A DNA stretch of 64,000 bases. Origin: Cetorhinus maximus (Eukaryota). This document shows positions 1 through 12,780 of this stretch, in pieces. Where the stretch lies: NCBI RefSeq assembly GCF_964194155.1, contig NC_135904.1, positions 11,656,001 through 11,720,000 of the forward strand, given 5' to 3'. The position numbers were made by a program, and so were the translations under genes. The notes beneath the pieces are model-generated. The model was not told the DNA's origin, ran no database searches, and was given only the letters and a program-made list of their open reading frames with translations. Numbering within the stretch: position 1 is the first letter of the stretch; each line of letters starts with the position of its first letter.

Positions 1-1397
1 GGCAAACAATTGGCCAGTTTGGCGAGTAAATTAAACTTCTTAAATTAATGGTACGACCTGCAGAGTAATGAGGCTAGAGAGGGCATGCACTCCTCCCATC
101 CCAGTCGTAACAGAAATACAACCTTTGAGCTAGGCCATTCAGGGGTGGCGTCAGGAAGGGCTTCTTCGCACAAAGTTTAGTGGAAATCTGGAACTCCCTC
201 TGAAAGCTGGATGAAGCCAGGGGCTAACTGAAAGTTAGAAACCTGGGATATATCCATTTAATATAGTTGGATTTTGGTGCGAAACAAAGTAATTTTTAAT
301 GTTTGTTATTTCGTATTTAAAATGGAAAAATGGGAACATACGGCTTTTACCACAAATCTAGTCTGCAAGTCACTTGGCGATAATAGAGCATGTACATCAA
401 ATTACACATTAAAACAAGATACAATGCTTATTTAGTTAAGCTTTTTTTTTCCCTCGCTTGGGACTATTAATTGTTGCAGGACAATATGGATCCAGCCACA
501 CTACAGGTCTTTGGTAAGATCAAGTAGAATTGGGCAGTTATACCATAATGAAGTAATGAAAAGTTAACCCAGCAGGTACAAAAGCCAATGCGCTAGCAAC
601 TGTTGTCAGCAGCTGTAGCAAATTAGTCACAACTCAACAGGGTCAGTTGGTGTTGCTTTGGTATAATACCCGAAGGGAAAACGCACTCAGAATTCTTAAG
701 TCCCATTTTTATTCCATCCATGAGGAAATGCCATTTTTGTCCCAATGTCTGAAAGTTGCGATTTTCTCTGGGGTTCTGTGACATAGATGCTAGCAATAAA
801 GGGGTAATTGAGACCAGCCACTATCTAATGTCAGAACAAGTGTATTTGCTAGCAGGGATCTTTGGACAATGATCAGGACCCCCTGGCCAACCTTTTTAAT
901 CTCCCTAGCTTAGGGGCTCAGAGGCCCAACTGTGGCATCGAACCTGCCATTCCAGTGCTCAAATTACTGCTTTGGCCGAGAGGAGTTAACTCGCGAGACC
1001 CCCCCAGAATTGAATCCAAAACCTTCTGTTCTATGTGGGGCAACAGGGAGCTAAATGCGGCATTGTATACTCAACCAAGGGCGGGAAACGGGACCAATTT
1101 CCTAATGGAGGTGCCACCATTATAATGCAACACTGAAAGAATGTGTGTTAGTACCCAGGCTTCAAATGCAAAGGCTCTTGTAAATTACTGTATCAAAACA
1201 GCGTAGAGCACACTATGTTCACTGGACCATTGCTGAGATACACTGGTACATCTTTACAATATGCTAGTAGTAATTCCAGGAATTTGAGGTCATTTATCAC
1301 TTGGGATTCAAGTTCATGCCAATTAAAAATTCTGGGTCTCCTACTGGATGTTAAACACACATTCAGTCACTGTGTCACATTCTAGCAAACTACATAC

Positions 1398-1486
1398 ACT
1401 TTCCATTGTGGGGTCCACTCTTGCCCTTTTCTTCCTGGGTGGTTGCGGCGTTTCACTAGTGCTACTTCCATCACCAGCTGTGGGGG
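1398..1486 (-). CDS. MORF4L1: MORF4L1/MRG15 coding exon 7 (89 nt); gene continues beyond the left edge
   Basis: Reverse complement reads ttattag|CCCCCACAGCT...ATGGAAAGT|gtatgt. It translates (A)PTAGDGSSTSETPQPPRKKRARVDPTMES, matching MRG15 GDGGSTSETPQPPRKKRARVDPTVE including the basic NLS-like motif. Confidence 0.96.
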
Positions 1487-3005
1487 CTAATAAGAGGTCA
1501 GACAAGTTATTCACAGCAAGGCAATTTACTGCTCTTACAAATACTCAACCATTTGCTGCAGCACTGGCTTAAAAAAAATAATTGAATTACACAGACTACT
1601 AGCAATTATTTCAGGCTTCTGGAGAGAATTGGAACAAATATTTAGGATTTCCTTGCTTTGCTTAATAATGTTTCGACATAATACCACATTAACTCTGCTC
1701 AAGTTATATTAATCAACAGGAGTGTTATCCATCTGTGTTTGCACATTTTGAACAGGAACATTTAGCCAGCCCCAAACTGTTGATTAATTTGAGCAAGTAT
1801 CATCCGGGCAGTCAAAAGGCTCCATTTCAAACAGGGTGGTCCAATATTTATCAGGTCACCATACGTATTGCTAAATCCTTCAAGCACTAGGCCAAAACAT
1901 TTAGAATCACAGATATTAAACCACAGGAAGAGGCCATTTGGCCATTCGTGTTTGTACTGGCTCTTTGAAAGAGCAGTGATGCTTAGGTCCATACCCCTGC
2001 TTTTTGTCTGTAACCCGTAAATTCCTCATTCTCGAGTACCCATCCAACACCCTTTAAAAATTACCACCACTTTTTCCAAGTGGTGTTCCAGATCCCGACA
2101 ACTCAAGGGAAAAAAATTCTCATCTCCCCTCCAGATCTTTTGCCAATGATTTTGAATCTATGCCCTCCAGTTACTCACCACAGGAAATAGTTTTTCTCTA
2201 CCTACCCTATCAAAGCCTGAAAGAGCTGAGACCATGGGCCCTTTTGAAAGCTTTTTAAAAACTACTTGACAGTTCACCAGTTCTTTCACTTGGGCTACAG
2301 TACTATAAATGTACAAGACATATTTTTTAAAAATCACTCATAGCGCAAAGTGCCTGTTGCGATAATGATGAAATTGCTCTTACCATTATCACTAAGTGAC
2401 AGGCCTGTATCCCTCTATACTGCACCCCTACTATTACATAGCTCAAGGCAGAGAGAGAAAGGCAAAATGCTAAATAAGTAGGAGGATACTTAATCACACC
2501 ACAGGATGTTATTCACACTTCATGAAACATTTTACCAACCTACGATAATGTTTCAATAAACTCCAATACACTCCTCCCGCCTGTGCCCACCCGCCCACCA
2601 CTCCAGCCCCCTAACCTGACCGCACACCCCCCACACCGCTCCCACAGAACTCCTCTCCTCCCATGCCCACCCCCATTCCCCACACCAAGCCCACCAACAC
2701 ACGCCCACCGTCCATCCCCCAGGCAGACAGAGGTGGAAAGAAAAAAATTAAAAGGCAAAATTCCATGATCCAAAAGTCAGAAATTTCTCATCTCTGAGCG
2801 TACCTCAAGGGCATATTTTTTTTTTTAGTTCCTTCAGTCATGGGATGTGGGCATCACTGGCAAGGCCAACATTTATTGCCCATTGTCAAATGGCCCTGGA
2901 GACTCTCCAAGTGGGCTGACCTAGGAACATTAATAGGACCCATAGGCAAGGAGCTTCCGAGACAACTAAGGAGATAAATACTTCCGTGAGACATTGATGT
3001 ACATG

Positions 3006-3327
3006 GGGGGAAGATGGTGGCAAAGTGATAATGCCACTGGGCTAGTAATCCAGAGGCCCAGGCTAATGCTCTGGTGACATGGGTTCAAATCCCATCACTT
3101 CAGCTGGTGGAATTTAAATGCAATTAATAACCTGGAGTCGATAAGCTAGCCTCAGTAACGGTGACCATGAAACCACTGTCCTTACCTGGTCAGGCCTACA
3201 CGCAACTTAAAGGCCCATGGCGATGTGGTTCACTGTGGCAAGCCACTTGGTTCAAGGGCAATTAGAAATGGGCAAATGCTGGCCTTGCCAGTGACACCCA
3301 GCCACCTCCCATGAAGGAGTAAAAAAA
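3006..3327 (+). mobile_element. tRNA-derived SINE with a LINE-like 3' tail
   Basis: The head has an A-box-like TGGCAAAGTGATAA, a stem-loop CTGGG-CTAGTAA-TCCAG and a B-box GGTTCAAATCCC. The tail CAAGGGCAATTAGAAATGGGCAAATGCTGGCC matches the LINE end at about 5685-5750. Confidence 0.75.
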
Positions 3328-3403
3328 GTCCTTCAATTGTTTGAAGATTTCATTTATTCAATAATAAAGTTTTGAATCAAAGCCAAGTTCTAAGAGAGCT
3401 TAC

Positions 3404-3429
3404 CTTTCTGTTTATTCTTCTTCGTTTTT
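3404..3429 (-). CDS. MORF4L1: MORF4L1 coding exon 6 (26-nt micro-exon)
   Basis: ttcag|AAAAACGAAGAAGAATAAACAGAAAG|gtaagc encodes KTKKNKQK. Phases fit exons 5 and 7. Confidence 0.95.
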
Positions 3430-3983
3430 CTGAAGAGAGAAAACATTTTGTAAGTATACTAATTACATGTGATGTGATTCTTTTGTCTCGTCAACGAGGA
3501 AACATCTTCCAATGGTAAAGCAGCAAATAGATTTTACTACACCAACTTCAGAGCCGGCACTGGCTGGACTGGACAGGCCTGGCATCATATTCAGGGAACA
3601 TGAACAAGATCGATAATTTAGCTTTCCATTGCAACAAGATACTTTTTCTTTTAATTATACAATCATGTCGTAAAGATGGCTCACCACTTGTTATCTCTAT
3701 TATTGGGCGGATAAGGGATATAGAAGATTTATCCTATTGTTGCAACAACCAATTCCCCTTTACCACTCAACTCCACAACACCTCCTTTACACAGTTTCAC
3801 TCATCACTGAACCAGGGTTGATCCTCTAGCTTGATGGTAGTGGTGAGGGATACGCTGGATCAAGAAGTTACAGATTGTGACTGAATACAATTCTGCTGCT
3901 GCTGATGTCGGCATTTTGTGAATTAGGAGTTCGAAAAGGGCAAGAAGTCCAACTTCAGGGGCTAAATATCCCAAGTTGCTTAC

Positions 3984-4064
3984 ATTTCAACATTCTTCTG
4001 TTGCATGGTGGAAGCCTTCTTGGCTGGTGCAGCGCCCCTCATCTTGCCCTCTGCCCATTGCTCT
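3984..4064 (-). CDS. MORF4L1: MORF4L1 coding exon 5 (81 nt)
   Basis: ttctcag|AGAGCAATGG...GTTGAAAT|gtaagc encodes EQWAEGKMRGAAPAKKASTMQQKNVE, compared with MRG15 EQYAEGKMRGAAPGKKTSGLQQKNVE. Confidence 0.96.
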
Positions 4065-5179
4065 CTGAGAATAAGAGAAAATAAAACAATTGCTAACAAA
4101 ATAAACATAAGAACACTTCTCAAACAGTATCAACATTTAAAATATTCATTCATTTAGAACGTATTAAAAATCATACAGCCACTTGCCATTCCTATAATAA
4201 AACCTTGTGTTCATATTTATAATAGAAACCAGCTTTGTGAACCTGTCACTGCAATTATATCCTCTCTCTGCCAGATGTGAACATTAAGTGGATGTAAAGA
4301 TCACACAGTTCTATTCAAAGAAGAGTAGGGGAATTCTGTCCAGTGTTCTGGCAAATATTTGTCCTTCATAATCACTCCAAATCTGGTAATTACCACATCA
4401 GTGTGTGTAAATTGGTGGCCATGGTTTCCTACATTACAACAGCGATGGCACTTTATAAAAATATACAATTAGCTGTAAAATGCTCTGGGATGTCTTGAAG
4501 TTGTGAAAACCACAAACAGCAAGCCTTTTTCTTTTTATAGAAATGTATAATGCATTTACAAAAACTAAGAACAGAATGTACGACTTTAGAATGGGGACTG
4601 CACCCTGGTTCAATTAGCCTACGCCCTTAAAGCTTGCTCGACCTGAACAGATCGCTTGCCCTTCCCTCTCCACATGTAATAGCACAGAATATTAAATGTG
4701 CATGCGTGTGCATCAGACCCAGCCTCTGAGCATCATCTATGACACAGTCAAACCTGCAGCTATACACCTCTACCACTACCTTGATCCATATACCTAGAGC
4801 AGCACTAATGGACTTGGGAGGGAATTCACTTTGTCCAGGGAGAGTCACTGAGTAACTCTGGAATACAGCAGGAATTTGCTCACTTATTTAACAAGTGCCT
4901 AAACTTATCCTTTTAAAATGGGAAAACGGTTTCCACAGTTACCAACTCGATAGTGAATATGCAGCTTTGAAACACACAATTCCTGGGAATGTGATTTTGT
5001 TGGCTTGTCAATAATTACACAGAAAAACAGGCATTGTTTTTTGTTAGAGGAGAAATTCCACAGCACAACTTTGGAGGTCTCAATAAAATGAAAAAAAAAA
5101 TACTATCTGATCATGGTCCCGAAAACTGGAGCACTTGCTGCAGAAGGTGCAATATGGACTTAAATAGCAGGTCAGAAGC

Positions 5180-5758
5180 TAGGAATCATGCGATGTGTAA
5201 CTCACCTCCTGACTCCCCAAAGCCTGTCCACTATCTACAAGGCACAGGTCAAGAGTCTGATGGAATACTCTCCACTTGCCACTGGGATGTGAGCAGCTCC
5301 CACAACACTCAAGAACTTTGACACCATCTAGGTCAAAGCAGCCCGCTTGATTGGCACATCTACAAAACATTCACTCCCTCCACCACCGATGCACAGTGGC
5401 AGCAGTGTGTACCATCTACAAAATGCACTGCAACAATTCACCAAGGCTCCTTCGACAGCACCTTCCAAACCTACGGCCACTACCATCTAAAAGTGCAAGG
5501 GCAGCAGACACATGGGAACACCACCAGCTGGAAGATCCCCTCCAAACCACTCACCAAATATATCACCGTTCCTTCACTGTCACCGGGTCAAAATCCTGCA
5601 ACTCCCTCCCTAACAGCACTGTGGGTGTACCTACACCACATGGACTGCAGCTGTTCAAGAAGGCAGCTCACCACCACCTTCTCAAGGGCAACTAGGGATG
5701 GGCAATAAATGCTGGCCCAGCCAGCGAAGCCCACATCCCATGAATGAATAAAAAAAAT
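5180..5758 (+). mobile_element. 3' fragment of a CR1/L2-group (Jockey-group) LINE
   Basis: Degenerate RT C-terminus (STIYKAQVKSLMEYSPL..., HSLHHRCTVAAVCTIYKMH). Same family as 9650-10800 and 24095-25370. Confidence 0.8.
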
Positions 5759-6779
5759 TCCAGTCAGTACTTGAACGCTTAACCCGGCAAATAAAGAATT
5801 AAAGACAGGTGCCAAATCCAAGAGTTCTAGAGTTCCTAAAGCCACTGTGGGAAGACAGCAAATTTTTCCACTGTCACGCAAGATTAGAAAGCTAGCCAGA
5901 ATTACTACAGCAGGCAAGACACATTATGTCCAACAGCAGAATACCATAAATGGCAACACATCTTAATAGGGCTAGCAATGTTCACCAAGAATGGAAAAAT
6001 AATTCAATGGAAAAAGATGTGCATCCTAAGATGAAAACCAATCATTTCAAATAACTGGGTCAATTTTCAAATAAGGAAAATATTTGGAATTTACTGCTTC
6101 TGTACTCTAGAGTCAGTCTTGGCTCAGTCGTTAACACACATGTCAGGAGGGTTGTGGGTATCGGTTGACACTCCCACTGCAATACTGAGGAAGTACTGTG
6201 CTACATCTTTCAGATGAGGCACTAAACTGAGGCTTGGGGTGCCACTTAGGTGGATGCAGAAGATCCCAAGGCTCTTAACGTTTTGGTCAACAACCAACAT
6301 CACTAAAAGAAAGATTAACTGGTAATTTATCTCATTGCTATTTGTAGGTTCTTACAGTGTCCAAACTAGCTGCCACATTTCCAATTAGCGGGGCAGCAGT
6401 TAAACAGGGTTCTAAAGGGCTTTAAAATCAAGAACTTACATTATACAGTAGCGTTCACAATTTCAGGACATTCCAAAGTGTTGCATATTCAAAGTGTAGT
6501 CACTGTTGTAATTTAGGATCCATGACAGTCAATTTTATACACAGCAAGCTCCCAAAAACAATGTGATAATGACAAGATAATCTGTTTTCTATTTTTAGTG
6601 ATGTTGGCTGAGGAGCAACTATAGGCCAAAGCATGGGGGAGAACAACTGTGCTCTTCTTTGAAATAAGATCGTGGGATTGTTACATCCGCCCAAAGGGGC
6701 GGTGGGCAGAGTCTCGGCTTATCATTTAACCCAAAACTCCAACAGTGGTCAGAGGCTGTAAAATCACAGTATCTTAATG

Positions 6780-8588
6780 GCACAGAGGGAGGCCATTCAG
6801 CCCATCATGTCTGCACTGGCTCTCCAAATGAGCATTATGACCTAGTGCCATTGCCCTGCCTTTTCCCTGTACCCCCGCACATTGTTTCTATTCAAATAAT
6901 CATCTAATGTCCTCTTGAATGCCTCAATTGAACCTCCTCCACCATACTTCCAGGCAGTGCATTCCAGGCCTGTGCCACTCGTTGTGTGAAAAAGTTTTTT
7001 TCTCACGTCACACTTGCTTCTTTTGCAAATCACTTTAAATCTGTGCCCTCTCATTCTTGATCCTTTTAAAAGCAGGAACAGCTTCTCCCTATCTACTTTG
7101 TCCAGGCCCCTCATGATTTTGAACAGCTCTATCAAATCGCCTCTCAGCCGCCTTCTCACCTAGGAGTACAGTCCAAACCTCTCCAATCTATCCTCATAGT
7201 TGAAGTTTCTCACCCCTAGAATCATTCTTGTAAACCTATTCTGCACTCTCTCCAATGTGTTCACATCCTTCCTATAATATGGTGCCCAGAACTGAAAACA
7301 ATATTCCAGCCAATGTCTAACGAGTGTCTTATATAAATTCTGCTCTTGTACTCTATGCCTCTATTAATAAAGCCCAGGTTACTATATGCTTTATTAACTG
7401 CTCTCTCCACCTGTCCTGCCACCTTCAATGATCTATGCACATATACACACCCAACTCTTTCTGCTCCTGCACCCCCTTCAAAATTTCACCTCTTATTTTA
7501 AATTGTCTGGCCATGTTCTTCCTACCAAAATGCATCACCTCACACTTCTCCACATTGAACTTCACCTGCCACCTATGTGCCCACTCCACCAACCTGTCTA
7601 TGTCCTTTTGAAGTTCCACACCGCCCTCCTTGCAGTTCACAACACTCCCAAGCTTCGTATCATCCGCAAACTTTAAAATTGTCCCCTGCACACCAGGATC
7701 TAGATCATTAATATATATCCGGAAAAGCAAGGGTCCCAATACCGACCCCTGGGGAACTCCACTACAAACCTTCCTCCAGCCCGAAAAATATCCATTGAAC
7801 ATTACTCTCTGCTTCCTATTTTTCAGCCAATTTTGTATCCACGGTGCTACTGTCCCTTTTATTCCACGAGCAATAGCTTTTCTCAAGTCTGTTGTGTGAC
7901 ACTGTGTCAAATGCCTTTTCAGAGTCCATGTACACCACATCAACAGCATTACCCTCATCAACCTTTTTTTTAACCTCTTCAAAACACTCCAGCAAGTTAA
8001 ACATAATTTCCCCTTTAGAAATCCATGCTGCCTCTTATCAACCCATATTTTTCATGACTACTAATTCTATCCCAAATAATTGTTTCTAGAATCTTGCCCA
8101 CCACTGAAGTTAAACTGACTGGTCTGTAATTGCTGGGCTTATCCTTACAACCTTTTTTGAACAAGGGCGTAATGTTTGCAATTCTCCAGTCCTCTGGCAC
8201 CGCCCGGGTCTAGGGAAGACTGAAAGATTATGGCCACTGCCCCTGCAATTTCTACTCTCACTTCCTTCAACATCCTTGGATGCATCTCACCCAGTCCCGG
8301 CACCTTGTCAACTTTAAGTACCGACAGTCTACTCAACACTTCCTCCTGATCAATTTTGAACCCTTCCAGTGACAGAGTTTCTTCATCTGTCACCATGACC
8401 TGGGTAGCATCTACCTCCTTGGTAAAGATGGATGCAAAGCATTCATTTAAATACCTCAGCCACAGCCCCTTCGCCCATGTGTAAATTCCCTCTTAGGTCC
8501 CTAAACGGCCCAGCTCATCTTTTACCACCCTTTTACTATTTATATGCCTATGGGAGGCTTTGGGATTCCCCTTTATGTTGGCTGCCAG
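6780..8588 (-). mobile_element. CR1 LINE, 5'-truncated and degenerate
   Basis: ORF pieces PEDWRIANITPLFKKG, YRPVSLTSVVGK, GVPQGSVLGPLLF, FADDTKL and RRLRGDLIE. Confidence 0.93.
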
Positions 8589-9649
8589 TAAAAGGCAACA
8601 TGTAAATGTGCATTCTTTCTTTTGTATCCATACCCAAGTGCACTGTTTATAGGTGAGAAAACAGTCAACCTGCTCCTTTGTTTCAACCATGTCCAAAGCC
8701 ACAAGGAAGATACATAAAAGTGGGACTCGGTTAGCTGACCCTAGTCTAATTGTTCTCAAGGCAGCATCATTTTGCCTGGTACATTACCTAACATAGGAAG
8801 AAGCTGTGTGTTACCTCTCAGCAGGGAGCAGCAGCCCACCAAAAACAAATCCTACTGCAGTATTTTTTTTTACAGATCAATTTTTTTGGAAATCAAGCTG
8901 TAGGAGCAGAAAGTTAAACTGCAATAAATGCTCAGTAAGAAAGTTGCCAAGTTGCAATCACCACAACCTGTAACACTCCTTTTGAGTAACCCACAGTAAC
9001 GGCAAATCAGATGGCAACATCAAGGCAAGCTTCTGCTAAAATAGCAGCGGTGATGGATTAGTGTGCCGGAGTTTGGCCTCAAAGTCTGTGAGAATCAATC
9101 CCACGTAATGCAGCTGGAGTGTCCAACTATACAGCGTGAAAATGCCTTGGGGCATTTTCAGACACTTCCATTTTCTAGCATGCATTTCTCTTTTGAGATG
9201 AAACCACAGGTTACCTTTGCAAATAAAGTATTTAAGACAGATGCCAAATCCAAAAATTCTAGCATTCCTAAAGCCACTGGGGGGAGACAGCAAGATTTTT
9301 CATTGTCATGCAAGATTAGAAAGTTAGCCAGGATTACTCTAGCAGGTTATAGACACATTATGTCCAACAGCAGAATACCATATAATTTGACAACACATCT
9401 TAATAAAACCAGCAATGTTCACTAAGAATGGAAAAATAATGCTTGCTTTAACTGGTGTGGGCAGATTGCTAATGCTGCAGTGTGAAATATTACATCTTGA
9501 ACTACAAGCTTTGCATGGTTTAGACACAGACAGCAGCACGAAATTTGTAACAAGCAGATACCTTGATGGAAACAAAGCCAATACTGTTTTTGTTACAAGT
9601 GACATAGGCTTGCACAAGTATTACACAAGTTCCCTCTCCCAAATTTTTA

Positions 9650-10802
9650 AAAATTCATTCATGGGGTCAGCATATATCGCCCATTCCTAATTGCCCTCAA
9701 GATGGTGGTGGTGAGCTGCTTTCTTCAACCCGCTGAAGTCCATGTGGTGTAGGTACATCCACAGTGCTGTTAGGGAGGGAGTTCCAGGATTGTGACCCAG
9801 TGACAGTGAAGGAACGGCGATATATTTCCAAGTCAGATTGGTGAGTGGCCTGGAGGGGAACTTCCAGGTGGTGGTGCTCCCGTCTATCTGCTGCCCTTGT
9901 CCTTCTAGCTGGTAGTGGTCATGGGTTTGGAAGGTGCTGTCGAAGGAGCCTTGGTGAGTTCCTGCAGTGCATCTAGTAGATGTTACACACTGCTGCTATT
10001 GTGCGTCAAAGCTGGGGGGAGTGAGTGTTTGTGGATGGGGTGCCAATCAAGCAGGCTGCTTTGTCCTGGACAGTGTCAGGCTTCGAGTGTTGTTGGAGCT
10101 GCACTCATCCAGGCAAGTGGAGAGTATTGCATCACACTCCCGACCTGTGCATTGTAGATGGTGGACAGGCTTTGGGGAGTCAGGAGGCAAGTTACTCATC
10201 GCAGAATTTCTGGCCTCTGATCTGCTCTTGTAGCCACAGTATTGATATGGCTAGTCCAGTTCCGTTTCTGGTAACCCCCAGGATGTCGATAGTGGGGGAT
10301 TCAGTGATGGTAATGCAATTGATCGTCAAGGGGCGCTGGTTAAATTCTCTTGTTGGAGATGGTCATTGCCCGGCACTTGTGTGGTGCGAATGTTATTTGC
10401 CAATTGTCAGCCCAAGCTTGGATATTGTCCAGGTCTTGCTGCATTTAGACATGGACTGCTTCAGTATCTGAGTCGTCGCGAATGGTGCTGCACATTGTGC
10501 AATCAACAGCGAACATCCCCACTTCTGACCTTATAATGGAAGGAAGGTCATTGATGAAGCAGCTGAAGATTGTTGGGCCCAGGACACTACCCTGAGGAAC
10601 TCCTGCAGTGATGCCCTGGAATGGAGATGATTGACCTCCAGCAACCAGCCATCTTCCTTTGTGCTAGGTATGAATCAGTGGAGCATTTTCTCCAATTCCT
10701 ATCGACTTCAGTTTTGCTAGGACTCCTTGATGCCACACTCGGGCAAACGCTGCCTTGATGTCAAGGGCAGTCACTCTCACCTCACCTCGGGATTTCAGCT
10801 CC
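9650..10802 (-). mobile_element. CR1/L2-group LINE RT fragment
   Basis: Contains ALDIKAAFARVWHQG and a GVPQGSVLGP-encoding segment, and shares its 3' tail with 5180-5758. Confidence 0.85.
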
Positions 10803-10888
10803 TTAAGGCACTGACTTGTATTCCAGAGGACAGTCTCAAAGCATATGACCAACAGTTCCATTCACCAGTCCTGCTCGCTTATACTCAC

Positions 10889-10975
10889 TGATTAGCCTTT
10901 TGTAGTTCCTTCTGCTTTTGCAGGTTTGTGTCCACATACTTCAGCACGCGGCTCTCCGGAACCCATTCATCCCAA
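10889..10975 (-). CDS. MORF4L1: MORF4L1 coding exon 4 (87 nt)
   Basis: tttag|TTGGGATGAATGG...GCTAATCA|gtgagt encodes WDEWVPESRVLKYVDTNLQKQKELQKAN, the end of the chromo barrel domain. Confidence 0.97.
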
Positions 10976-12089
10976 CTAAAATCCAAGAGAGAAAAAAATA
11001 AGACAAGACGAAAATCAACAACGCATCAGGAATGTTCACAGTTCACAGTTCAAAAACAGTGAGATTAAAATTACACATGTCTGAAGCTCGGTCTAGTCTT
11101 TTAGTTAAAAAAGCAGGGGGGAAACATAAAGATACTAGCTGAAAAAACAGTTTAAGCAATTGAGGGAGCAAGAGAGATAGAATCTATTGGCGGTTAACTG
11201 GAAACAGACTGACTTAAAACCCACAATAGGAGAAATAAAGCAGTTTCTGCTACTGTATAGCAGAGCATTGTGGGTCACAATTATTAAATTAAGTTAGTCT
11301 GCCCTCCAATTGAGCTGAACAAATTATAACAACGTATATCTTGTGGCCTCAAAGAGTCACACAAGGTTCAACACCATCCTACTTTAGCTGAATAAGTGCA
11401 TTTCACTCAATAATGCGCTTGGTACTTGTAAAACGAGAGTAGCCGCTGAGCAACCTACAGCAGACATGTGGGTGACCTTTCCCAGTGTAAAAGCACACGA
11501 TTGAGGCACTCCCATTTCTGACAATGACTCCACAGTTCCACCCTGTGACAGGGGCCAGTCAACCACCCAATAAAAGTTAAATTGTGCCCAAGTAGGAAGG
11601 CACTTTGACACTGGCAATCACAGTCTCATCCAAGAATGGCACAAGTAGAATTTTAAGTACACATTCACATCCAAGCTCATCCTTGTGGTTTCTGTAGTAC
11701 TATTACATCAAAAGAACCAGATAACCAATTTTAAGAGATGGTAACAAACTCAAGATACCAAAGTAATGACTGATGCGGTGCATTCAAAGGTTAACAAATA
11801 CACTTACAATAATAAAGTGCTACTTGTTTTAAGAAAATGTTAGACAAGTTCAGCAACAAGGCAGCCGTGGTTTACGCAGGAACCCTCACTTTTTTTTTGG
11901 GGGGGGGGGGATTACACCCCGACAGCCACTGAGAATATTCCAGTCTACATGCTGTTTATTCCAGCAGTTCTTCTCCTCAATGCATTCAACAGCCCAATAA
12001 CAAGCCAGGTGATGCTCAAACATCAAGTCAGTGTAGCCCAGGGCCCCGCACTTACTAACTTTCTGAAGCTGAAGGAGGTAGATTCCAGC

Positions 12090-12780
12090 AATCAGGAATA
12101 TTCCAACTTTTGAGGAGCATTCAGATAGAATCACTGGACACTCATTTCTGCTACACACCTGAGTTCTTCCAGCCCCTTCTCACTTTTCTCTGCTATCTCA
12201 TCCACCGTCAAACCCTCAACCTCAAATTCCCCATCTCATTTCACTATGGTCAGTGAATCTTCCTTCCCATCCAATGACATTTGTCAATTCTAACTACCCC
12301 TACCATTGGCTTAGGCTCATGCCTAATCAGTATATTCATTATCAAGCTTTCCACAACACATTAATGGCTCACTCCAAGCATTCATCTGAGCTACCCAATC
12401 CTCTCCAATCATTATTCATCCCGTGTCCCTCGCTTTAAGTGTGCCTCAGCACCCCACTCAAGCCTTTTCTATTCATTATCATGCCATTTGGCAATACCTA
12501 TAGGTATATATGCCAATGACACCCAAATATAATTTCTCCAACATGACAGACTCCAGGACAGCATGAGATTGTTTGCCTGACATGCACTGCTGGTTAAATC
12601 AAAGTTTTCTGCAGCTTATCAGGAAAAAAAGTGAAGCCTTTCTGTTCAGCTCACCCCTTCTGGTGTTGAAATGATTTAACCACTGGCTGCTTGCAAGTTT
12701 GATCTTGCTTCTGTCCGATTCTAAGCAGGACTTTATATCCGACATCCAGTCGACTTTCAGGATACTGTCAGCTTACCGCT
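12090..12780 (+). mobile_element. Old, highly degraded L2-like LINE RT fragment
   Basis: tatgccaatgacacccaaatat (YANDTQI, a YADD-like motif) with L2-like flanking sequence. Confidence 0.55.

Noticed and set aside
3006-3095. Additional tRNA genes at SINE heads (also near 14105, 52850 and 63865)
   Set aside because: They have A/B boxes but no complete cloverleaf and continue into SINE bodies.
3590-3810. Possible C/D snoRNA in MORF4L1 intron 5 (GTGATGA ... CTGA on the gene strand)
   Set aside because: The box C lies in a decayed LINE segment (ACCATCAAGCTAGAGGATCAACCCTGGTTCA), the spacing is long (about 215 nt), and there is no terminal stem.
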